Positions 48,201 through 56,466 of a DNA stretch of 64,000 nt are shown here, one piece after another. Source of the stretch: Setoptus koraiensis (Eukaryota > Animalia > Arthropoda); NCBI GenBank assembly GCA_048013815.1, contig CM106585.1, forward strand, positions 9,176,001 to 9,240,000, written 5' to 3'. The translations under genes were made by a program, and so were the position numbers. Below the pieces are notes generated by a model. It searched no databases and had not been told where the DNA came from. It worked only from the letters and a program-made list of their open reading frames with translations. Position 1 is the stretch's first letter; each line of letters starts with the position of its first letter.

Positions 48201-51200
48201 TTGTCACTGGGCCGCTGTGTACGCTGCTGCGGTGCGCCCCCCACCGCCCGATCTGAGCGGCCAGTCAGCAAGTGGCCCCAGAGCTTACTCAAATTACCGC
48301 TGCCACGAGCGGGCCCGATAAGGCTGCCGGGGCGATATAGGTATATCGTGTGTGTGTGTATGAATAATGATAATGTCGTGCAAACAAACGTGCACGCCAC
48401 GCAGGTCTCATTTGGGGCTCTTACTCTCACAGCGCACAGTGGCCTGAAAAGAACAAAGAATTGGCCCCATTGCGGCCCCCGCTTTGCACACAGCGCGTCA
48501 CAATTGATGAGCAGATGATTTAGTGCGCGCAGACTGCGCGCGTTTGTCGGTGGCTGCGCTGGTGACGTAACACGACGGGCGACGCAACTGGCGCGACTGG
48601 CGAGCACAACGCGAGCACAACGAGGGCGCAGCGAGGGCGCAGCGAGAGCATGAGACGGGCACAGCGAGCACAGAGCCAATATTGACTAATTGAACGCGCA
48701 GCTATGAGTTTAATCATTGTTGATTGAGGCCCCGCCGAATGTTTGTTTGTTTGCACAGTTGATTTGCGTGCGCGTGTGTCGCTCGCTCTCATATCATATC
48801 CGCGGCCGCCGCATTGGCGAATTATCTTTGGCGCGGCCGCCAACGATAATTCAAATGTGTGTGTGTGCGCGTGCTAGAAAACACATTTAATCTACTTACT
48901 ATCAATAAATACAACAGCAATTGTGTTACGTGTGTTTGCTCATTGTTGGCCCCCCGCTCTCACGGGGCCCCGCGTCGCTCGTCCGCCACTCAACACTCAA
49001 TTCCGGCCTTGCCGTGTGTGTGCTATATGATGCCGCTGACCACTGGTCACCCATGACTGGTCACTTCTGGTCGCTCAGTTTCGGGCGCAGTCTGGTCAGT
49101 CCTGCAGTCCCACTGCAACCAAAATGCCGCCGACTTATGCTGGCCGACCGGCCGGCCGGCCAGCGATGACGCAACACTCTTGATTAGTATTTAGCACCTG
49201 CACACACTCAACGCTGAGCTTGTGATGAGCTGTGACGCAACAATATCATCACTGGTCGGGGGACTCAGTAGAGAATTAGGCCCCCCCCCCTTTTTCCCCG
49301 CCAGTCAAATTGGCGCCCACCAAAACAAACAAACGCTCTTGTCGTCGGTTGTTGGCTGCAACGCGTTGATCGCGCGTTGATCCGGACTCAACTGGCTCAC
49401 TGCTGACCACCGCCACTAATGGGCGCCACCAGCTTGCCGGCGTTTGGCCATGGAAGGCGGCCAGCGTTTGGCCATGGAGGGGCAGAGGCGCCGCGTAGCG
49501 GCCGTCTGTTGGTAGCAGTGACGGCCACCAATAGACGGCATCACTGATATTGCATGTCATTGCATCAGCATCTGACATGGCGTCGGTGGGCGCCAGCATT
49601 GAAGCGAGCGAAAATCCAGTCTGGATAATCCAGACTGGATTTGATTTCGGTATTCATTGGTGGATCGCACTTCAAGTTCACACACACACACACACGCTGA
49701 CAGTTGGTGAGTGATCCAGTGGGGCCAGTGGGGCCAGCGGGCCGATGGGGCCAAAGGGGGCCCAACTGGCAACCCAGTGGCAACCCGGTGGCAACGGCGA
49801 GCCGCTGCATCATTGTTATCTGGTGGGCATGTTATTGATATGGCGGTGATTAGAAGGGCAGCGCCAGCAGGCAGTTTATTAACTGATAAGTAGTTGATTT
49901 ATGTCGCTGCTGGGCCCAATATGCGCCCCTTTATTTATCTTTGTCGCTATTGTTTCGCGCAAACGCTTAGCCAGTGTTGTTGTTGTTGCCGGCCAGCTTC
50001 CTGTCTGCTCGGCCCCTCAGCGTGCGGCTCCCGTTGTCGGCATGCGGAGGCATCGTTTGCCGCATTGATTCATATCTTGTTCTTCTTCTTCTCCCAGCCC
50101 CCGGCTCCCAGTTGCCAGCCCCCAGTTGCCGGCCCCCAGTTGCCAGTTGCCAGCTCCCGGCTCGCCGCCGCTGTGACTTATGCCCCGCGTCTGGTGCCGC
50201 AATGTTGCGGCGCGGCATCAGCCCGTGGCGCAATAGTGCCCGTGGCCCGAACTACGTGCCGCCACCGAATCAATGGCGGAGGCGGCACGCAGAAAAGAAT
50301 TAACGAGAAACATTTAACGCTATTGAGCCGCAGTGAGTCGGCTTATGGGCAACACGGTGCCCGGTAGCCGACTGGCGCACCGGCAGACGCGCCGGCGCCC
50401 ACTCACTGGCGGGCACCGCGGCGCGTCTGCCACTGATGGGTACTCGAGCGACGCAAGCTGGGTATTGTTGTTGGTCGGCGGTACACAAGATCATATATCA
50501 TTCTTATCTTTGTTGCTGCATAATACCAGCACTACCTCTGGTGGCGCTGTTGTTGATGTTAGACCGCCGGGCCGCTTGTATATTGTTGCCAGTGCACAAT
50601 CAGCAAACAGCTATTATTACTATTACTATTATTATTATTATTATTATCAATACAATAAGCATTATCTAGCAGACCTACAAATTGCTGGCGTGTTGTTGCT
50701 GTTGTTGTTTGCGCACCCCCTACCAGCACCATTAATCTTGAATTCAAGTCCCGATCGGGGGGCCCACGGACGGGGCCCCCGACCAGGACCCGTCCGTGGC
50801 CGCTTGCCGCTGGCGTGCGGGCCCCACCGGGTAGCGGCGGGGCATTCATTGGGCTCGCATTGGCCGGGTACGCCCATCTGACGGATCAAATGAGGCCAGT
50901 GGGTCTAGGTAGAGAGGCGTTTATTTTATAAATATAAATCTCTCTCGCGCTCTCATTGTGTGCAACTGGCAAATACTAACTGCTGTGCGCTATATGTTTG
51001 ATATAATACGTGCGAATATCCGATAGAGCGCGCGCGCTAATGATAACGCTCGTCGGCGGCCACTCGATAATGAATTCTAATCGAAATTAGAATATGCTCG
51101 AGCCGGTCGACTTTTTCTCCGCATTGCGCCACCACAATGGGGGCCCGGCACAACAATGGCACACGGCGCAATAGTATACAATGGCTGCTCACTATCCACT

Positions 51201-52497
51201 TGCTCATTATTCAGCCATTGGCACACATTAGCTAACTGTCTATCAAACTCACATGGGCACTTCATGAAATCGATCGCAATCGCCCAATCGGGGATACATG
51301 CAAACAGAGCGAGCCAGCGAGCCAGAGAGAGAGACATCAATAATGCACACAATGATGATTATTGTGCGCCCCAACAGGCGCACTCAATCGCCCACCGAGG
51401 GACGGATATCGCACAGTGTGACGCACAAATCCAAGACTCCGGGCGGCGCAGTCACGTGAAGCACCGGTTACGCAATCGTATGCCGGCCCTACTGCCAACT
51501 GCGCCTCCAAATGACCACTGTCAACTGTCAAATGACCGCCGCTCTATGACTCATGCCCATCGCTAAATGATAAACACTTGAGCAACGGTCATTAATACTA
51601 TTGCTCGGCGTGGCGCTCGCCAGTGGGCGTAAATCTGCCTAAATAAACCTGGCAAATAAACGGGCCAAAGTTGACAAATAAGCTGATTGTTTATTGGGAC
51701 CAATCAGCTTATTTGTCGGCCAGAGTGGGCCCAAAATAGTAGCAAAATAGTAGCGAAATAGTAGCGAAATAGTAGCAAAACAGTAGCAAAAACTTACCAA
51801 AAGGTTGCTCGTTTGTGGCGGGAAATTGTTGCTGCGCCGTCTGTGCACCAGTCAACAACGACGAGCTCAGGGCCACAGGCTCCGGCAGCGTCTCGCCAAC
51901 ATTGTTGTCGCTAGCGGCGGCATGTTGGCGAGCAAATTGATTATTATCTACACTGTCAATTTGACTAGCTTGGCGGCTGTAATTATTGATGGGCATTATC
52001 GGGCGAGCATCTTGATCGCTGTCATTGGTGTGTGATTGGCGCTGTGTTGCGGAAGTGATTGCTGCCACCTCGGTGATAATGTTATCTGTTATCATCGACA
52101 AACATGCCAACAAAATATGTAACAATACAAGACGTCTCGTTGTCGTTGCATCTATGCGGTAGCTGTTGTTGTTTTTACTTGTCTTGTTACTTGAGTATAT
52201 TTGTCGCCGGCCGGCGTATGGCAAACAATCACAAACACACAAATGACAAAGATGATCATTGAAAGTTTCCATTTTATTATTTACACTGCAATCTTTGCGA
52301 CACAATAATAATGGAATTGGTTTCTCACGTTGCTGATGATGCTTTTGATTGTGCTGCAAATAATAACAATTAACAACTTTTAACCGTTTTCTTCTTCTCT
52401 TCTTTTTTTTCTTTCTTACGGCTTGCTGAATCATAATCATTTCTCTACTATTTTCACTGTAGCCACCGCTATGTTCAATTATTTTTCGACACATCAT
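10379..52497 (-). CDS. Sidestep-family (nephrin-like) Ig-superfamily type I membrane protein, 12 exons, ~2,040 aa (5 Ig + FN3 + TM + long low-complexity tail)
   Basis: Hand-spliced exons: 52497-51798, 26526-26380, 23460-23416, 23145-23002, 22849-22661, 22260-22135, 21922-21773, 21604-21470, 15458-15020, 14778-14563, 14424-14300, 14094-10379. All introns are GT-AG and in phase, giving a continuous frame (6132 nt). The domain order and motifs (VALPCD..LILWYK..PI..DAR; YRCRVDF; GPFNEGDELQLMC; EGNDIYIQCQIDANP; VYGV; NEIG) are typical of Sidestep proteins. The paralog cannot be determined, and the link to exon 1 is the least certain part. Confidence 0.88.
14118..14189. repeat. 11-bp tandem repeat (GAGTGAATGAT)n just upstream of the exon-12 acceptor
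   Basis: Read directly; about 6 copies with minor variants. Confidence 0.9.
14300..14424 (-). CDS. Sidestep-like exon 11, Ig5 C-terminal part
   Basis: aaatag|T..CCAG|gtaata; encodes QILRYNMRDAPNSFGYGTIECIAKNEIGLQQKACKFQIRPP; phase 2/1. Confidence 0.9.
14563..14778 (-). CDS. Sidestep-like exon 10, Ig5 N-terminal part
   Basis: gcgcag|A..CCAG|gtgagt; encodes LVYGVKSEQTVLIDCSVIANPANSVQYSWTY...; phase 2/2. Confidence 0.92.
15020..15458 (-). CDS. Sidestep-like exon 9, Ig4 with a low-complexity insertion
   Basis: caatag|AC..GACAT|gtgagt; encodes YAPQLSIQL..[insert]..QEGNDIYIQCQIDANP..VSWKFNG..SLVLQKVTRLQSGHYQCEASNVHG..LRIRHAPVC. Confidence 0.94.
15540..15635. repeat. (GTT)n trinucleotide microsatellite
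   Basis: About 30 triplets with a few GTC/GCT interruptions. Confidence 0.95.
17437..17530. repeat. Degenerate 10-bp array built on a GATATC palindromic core
   Basis: gccgatatca gttgatatca gctgatatcg gctgatatcg gttgatatcg gttgatattg... Confidence 0.85.
19873..19939. repeat. 16-bp minisatellite x4 (CCCTCATAATGTGGGG)
   Basis: Read directly; unit junctions generate GGGCCC. Confidence 0.95.
21470..21604 (-). CDS. Sidestep-like exon 8, Ig3 C-terminal half
   Basis: gattag|TG..CATT|gtaagt; encodes VDQQTTSRLTLTMEKSFNSKNLTCVGENPKIQSSALRQDLKLDVH. Confidence 0.92.
21773..21922 (-). CDS. Sidestep-like exon 7, Ig3 N-terminal half
   Basis: ttacag|TG..AGCG|gtaagt; encodes LKPNEMSVKQLSEILIVGQPATFECVAFGSRPHASVYWLFQGKRYDPPMS. 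Confidence 0.93.
22135..22260 (-). CDS. Sidestep-like exon 6, Ig2 C-terminal half
   Basis: caacag|TA..AATT|gtgagt; encodes VTNNELIIPSLNRHHLLSVFECQANNNNITTPLSASITLDLN. Confidence 0.92.
22263..22361. repeat. 16-bp minisatellite x6 (GTTGTTGATATTTGTG) abutting the exon-6 acceptor
   Basis: Read directly from the sequence. Confidence 0.95.
22661..22849 (-). CDS. Sidestep-like exon 5, Ig2 N-terminal half
   Basis: ataaag|TC..GAAG|gtacgt; encodes VKPESVKITNTNNQKLQGLVGPFNEGDELQLMCSTVGGTPRPELIWKLDYSILDESYQYVDKE. The acceptor is an AAG, so the exact 5' boundary is slightly uncertain. Confidence 0.9.
23002..23145 (-). CDS. Sidestep-like exon 4, Ig1 C-terminal half
   Basis: tatag|AT..GTAG|gtaagt; encodes RASFNTQDRPAYLQIDPVKLIDAGSYRCRVDFQKGRSVNTLISLVVV (DxGxYxC motif). 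Confidence 0.95.
23416..23460 (-). CDS. Sidestep-like exon 3, 45-nt micro-exon within Ig1
   Basis: attcag|GT..ACGA|gtgagt; encodes GALEKAKLIIGESLT. Phase 1/1; it bridges DARK and RASF as expected for this V-domain. Confidence 0.8.
24360..24430. repeat. 20-bp minisatellite x3.5 (ATCTCTCTGTATAACTCTGG)
   Basis: Read directly from the sequence. Confidence 0.9.
26062..26200. other. Perfect 27-bp inverted repeat with an 85-nt spacer (intron 2 of the Sidestep-like gene)
   Basis: AATAACCAATCACCGGAATTAGAAAAG (26062-26088) and its exact reverse complement (26174-26200). Confidence 0.9.
26380..26526 (-). CDS. Sidestep-like exon 2, Ig1 (V-set) N-terminal half
   Basis: cacag|CC..AAAG|gtgagt; encodes ASMLYSAVINEKVALPCDINPPSLDDSVALILWYKDDSLAPIVTIDARK. 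Confidence 0.93.
28894..28950. other. Hairpin with an 18-bp perfect stem (extendable to 23) and an 11-nt loop
   Basis: GGCCCTGAATAGAGGGCG (28899-28916) / CGCCCTCTATTCAGGGCC (28928-28945). Confidence 0.9.
29395..29497. repeat. (GTT/GCT)n trinucleotide microsatellite
   Basis: Read directly; it gives the polyL/polyQ/polyV spurious ORFs in intron 1. Confidence 0.95.
34127..34202. repeat. 24-bp minisatellite x3 (CAGAGTCGGCTGCTGCGGCGGCCC)
   Basis: Read directly from the sequence. Confidence 0.9.
40207..40336. repeat. 26-bp minisatellite x4 followed by an inverted partial copy
   Basis: GCTCTGGCGGCCATTTTC(A/G)TGGGGCC x4 (40207-40310), then GGCCCCATGAAAATGGC (40317-40333). Confidence 0.92.
43859..43913. 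other. Hairpin with a 22-bp perfect stem and an 11-nt loop
   Basis: TCCGCAAACTGGAGTCTGGACT (43859-43880) / AGTCCAGACTCCAGTTTGCGGA (43892-43913). Confidence 0.92.
51798..52497 (-). CDS. Probable exon 1 of the Sidestep-like gene (signal-peptide-like segment)
   Basis: Long open frame with the hydrophobic stretch RRLVLLHILLACLSMIT. It ends at CCT TTT G|GTAAGT (phase 1), which matches the phase-1 acceptor of exon 2. The start could be ATG 52497 or ATG 52272. Confidence 0.65.
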
Positions 52498-53794
52498 CGC
52501 AAATATGTCCACTGAACATAACAAATGCTCCACTCATTCAACCATTGATAACATTCTTCCATTCACTTCCGTTCTCTATTTCTATTACTCTCTCTCTCTC
52601 TCTCTCCTCACTTTTCAAACCTTATTGTGATCGTATCTCTGTCCGTTTCTTGATTGCTGCTGAGCGAAATTTCTAGCCGGTCGAATGAAACAAAAGCCGG
52701 TGACTTTCCCAATCGTAAATTGCAATTAATATAGATATAAACTTGTAAGTTGAATGAGTTGTTTCACTTGCATGAGGTGTATGTGTGTCGCATTCATCTA
52801 ACAATGACACCTATGTCTAGAAAACTCTCAATTCAACCAAAACAAAGCAAAACAAATGAACAAACCAACTCTATCACAATCAGCATTTTGCTCATGCGCA
52901 CAAATCCGCAACAAAGTGTGCCCGAAAATGGGGCCCTCTAAATCAAAATAGAGAACCATGTAGACGCCATCTCGTGGAGTGTGAATTAAGTAGCCGGCAA
53001 AGCTCACAATTCAGTCAGCCTACAACCAACGAAACCAAAGAAACGAAGCGCCATTCGTTTCAATCGCAGTGGCTCATTGCTTACAGCAGCGTCTTATTTC
53101 AGTTCATTGTTGGATTGCAACATTTCACCATTGGCGCCATCTACAGTTACGTAATTGATATCAATCGGCTATAACTGTAGGACGTGTTACAAAAGCGCGC
53201 GAAACTGAACGAGATCCATCATGTCAGATAGAAAATATACTAGAATCTAAACAAAACAAATCAACTCTGCCAGGTATACTGGTCGATATAAATGTCTAGT
53301 GAAAATAATTGATACCGGGAAGAGATAATCCTTAGATCACTTCACGCAGATACATACATACACAGATTTATTCCGATAGCCGAATTAAGTCTGCAACTTC
53401 CTATATGGTCGAGCTATCGTTAAAGAAATATCCCAGGATGTGTTTATTCTACCAAAAACGAACTACCAATCAAGTTTTCATCATGAACGAATATCGAAAA
53501 TTAATTTATATGCGCTTTTCACTAATGATGCGCTTCTCAGGTGTCATAATGTTACTGTGCATTTCAGACGGAAATCTCGAGGAAATCAAAGACTGAAAGC
53601 GATGCAAAATTGAATCTTACACAATATCGAATAATATATCCGATGGCAAGCTTAATTGTAACTAAACCAACAATTTCATCTCAAGATGTCATCTTTTCTG
53701 TAGATTCTCGAGTTTGAAACCTGAATATTTCGTTTTCAGAAAAACAGTTTCGAGACTTTGGAGAAAAAGAAAACAAAAATTGCTTGTCACTTAC

Positions 53795-54214
53795 GTGTTT
53801 CCGACAAAAACTTTTGCTTTGCTATAGAAATGCTACCACCATTGTTATCCGCACCATCTTCTAATTGATGCTTAATTTCGTTTCTCTCTTCGTCAGGGTC
53901 ACCATTGTTGTCCGACACGAAAGCCAGGGAATTTTCTCTTCGCTGCTTCCTACTTAAGATTGTCATCGTCCATCTTTTGTTCCTTTTGGTTGCTCGATAA
54001 GTGTGGCGTCTGGAAAAATTACTATTCGACTTGTGTAAATTGGTGGACACTGATGGATTGTTATCACGGGCATCAATAATTTGAGTCTGGAAATCTCGTC
54101 TATTGTTTCCTGTTCTATCACCAATTTGGTAGGCCAAGTCTATCTGATTGTCCTGCCGGGCGTAATTATTATTTGCATAATTCTTGCCTGCTGCTATTAT
54201 CAGGTATTTTTCAT
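53795..54214 (-). CDS. Probable internal coding exon of an unidentified gene (possibly followed by a short terminal exon 53720..53689)
   Basis: 420 nt open (140 codons) between a T-rich acceptor (ttttttag|AT) and a consensus donor (ACAC|gtaagt), phase 1/1. The sequence is hydrophilic and N/D/R-rich with basic clusters (KRNKR, RKQRR). A 74-nt GT-AG intron would add RFKLENLQKR*. I recognise no family. Confidence 0.5.
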
Positions 54215-56424
54215 CTAAAAAATGTTACAATGTGTTTGTGTGTTTATAATAAAAGAACGAGAAAATTCCAGGAGAAAGAAGATTAGTATTTTTGCATGAG
54301 CTTGATTAAAAAGTTTCGTTTTATCTAGATTTTCCTATAGTTTATTGCTGTTTCGCTGATCCGCCACAAGAGGGCGACACTCTATGCAGTCTTAGTACAA
54401 TAGTGATGAGTCCATCACGAGTAGAAAATGAAGCAAATGAACAGAAAAATATCACCGAAACTAGTTTATTTGATATTGTAAATGAGCGAAGAAATTTTTC
54501 TGATTGCACCAAGTTATTCAGTACTGGTTAACTGATTGTTTTTCTAGACAAAGTTTGCGTCGACCCGAACAGAATAATTTTTTCTTTCCACGAATTGTGT
54601 CGCCAATTGTCGTTGGCGCGGCGCAGTTAGTATCTCATGTGGAGCGAAAATTTTCTACCAAACCGCAAGAAAAGATTCATCAGCACAGGAGTGAGATAAT
54701 GGGCGAGTGAGGGCAAAAGAATTTGAATTGCAGAGCAGATTTCACACTGGAATGGAGAAACTGTGCAAATGTATTTATGATGTTTCCTAAATGGCGCGTG
54801 CGTCGGGTTAAAACCCTTATGCAGTGGAGCGCGTTAATCGCGAGAAACCCAAGAAAAGGCTTACCAGGCAAGTGTCAGCATTACGAAGAAGCAAGGCACA
54901 CACGATGGGCAAATCGTATCACAACGAGCCATCTAGATTATCCGACAATGTTGGAATTAATGATGAATAATCATCGAATGAAGCCACTGTCGCTATGAGC
55001 ACACTGAGTATGCTTCTAACAGAGGAATTGTGATCATGTGAACAGTGCCCTCAGCCGATATATTTGTGCCATTGGCTAGTTGCCACTTATGCATATCGAT
55101 CTGTAATCATCTAATCCAAATAAACGACACAAACTCATGATACATCGATACAGCAATGATTTATGCGGCTGTGTGCGCCCCCCACACAACCGTGTCGGAC
55201 ATTGAATTGTCGAATGTCTCGAGTATTTCTTTTTCCTCGAAACACAGCACAAATCGTTGGCTCGTGTTGAAACGAAACGCGAAAAACGAATAATTAACAG
55301 AACAGAGCGACAGACACTGGTCGGTGAGAACGGACTGGCAAGGAACAGTAAGTTGCGTCAATTAACGTTACCTCGCGTCGTCTCGAACGCTGATGTCGCT
55401 GAAGCCGTCGAAGAAAATTATCTCATTTTTATACAGATTTGATACTGGCATAGTCGGTCTGTTTGTTCACATGATTGAACAGTGAGCGCTAATGACTGAT
55501 TAGGGCTCCATTCATGATCATCCCTTGATGTTGTGCGCCATTTGATTTGATACATGAATTTATTTATTGCCAACATCTCAAATCGCCGATACCAGACCAT
55601 ATATTTTATCGTTTAGATTCCATTGGTGGGATCTCGCTCTTGGGTGAGTGGGAGACCTGCCCGAAGAGAGCCAATAGGTATATTTCAGCCGAAAATCGGG
55701 CCGAAATTTTGTCGTGCAAAAATCCGTTCGTTTTACAACACTGAAAGTATGTGTGAACTGTGACGATTCTAGAGTGGACAATTTCATATTTGGTTGCATG
55801 AATTTCTTTTGATAAGCCTAATTGTTACATCACAAAGAGAGCAGTTGGTCACCTTAACTGTCTGGCATAATATAGCGTATAGTACAGCGCTTCAGCGCTA
55901 GACGGGGCAGCATATCAGTGAGTGATGGTAAGAGTGGAGCGACAGTTGAGCACACGGAAGCGGGCCCTTGTTTTGCGCCACAAACAATGCTTCAAATTGG
56001 TCTGAGTTTATGTATAGATGACCACTGGACAGTTCGGTTATGCAACGGAGCGCGTTATTTGCGAGCAAGCGAACAGTCAAGTGGCCGGCGAGCCAGCATT
56101 AGCGTTGCAATTATCGCGCGCCAACAACAGACAAAGTATCACCGTCACAATGCCAAAAATAACGTTGGCCAGCGTGACGTAGTGGGCACACATTTAGTAT
56201 CACCATTCGACCAGCCAAATCATCCGATAATGTCCGGTTGAATGGGTCATTGAATGATGCTACCGGCACTATGTGCCTGGCCAGCAGACCGCACCAATGC
56301 CGGTGTGCCGGTCATCGCTAGCCGCCTATATATCTTATACATAACATATGTATATAAGTTGCATTTGCAATACTGCCGTTGTTCATGCTTGTTGATTTGC
56401 AATCATGTATTTGCAGCACCACCA

Positions 56425-56466
56425 CTCGTGTTACATAACTCGTGTTACATAACTCGTGTTACATAA
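56425..56466. repeat. 14-bp tandem repeat x3 (CTCGTGTTACATAA)
   Basis: Read directly from the sequence. Confidence 0.95.

Noticed and set aside
27000-51700. Hundreds of 60-220 aa ORFs in intron 1
   Set aside because: They overlap in all six frames, are rich in R/A/P/G/C, derive from repeats and show no domain signatures.
54054-54203. Plus-strand hydrophobic frame (VYLIVLPGVIIICIILACCYYQ) that looks like a TM helix
   Set aside because: It has no start codon and is the antisense shadow of the N/D-rich minus-strand exon 54214..53795.
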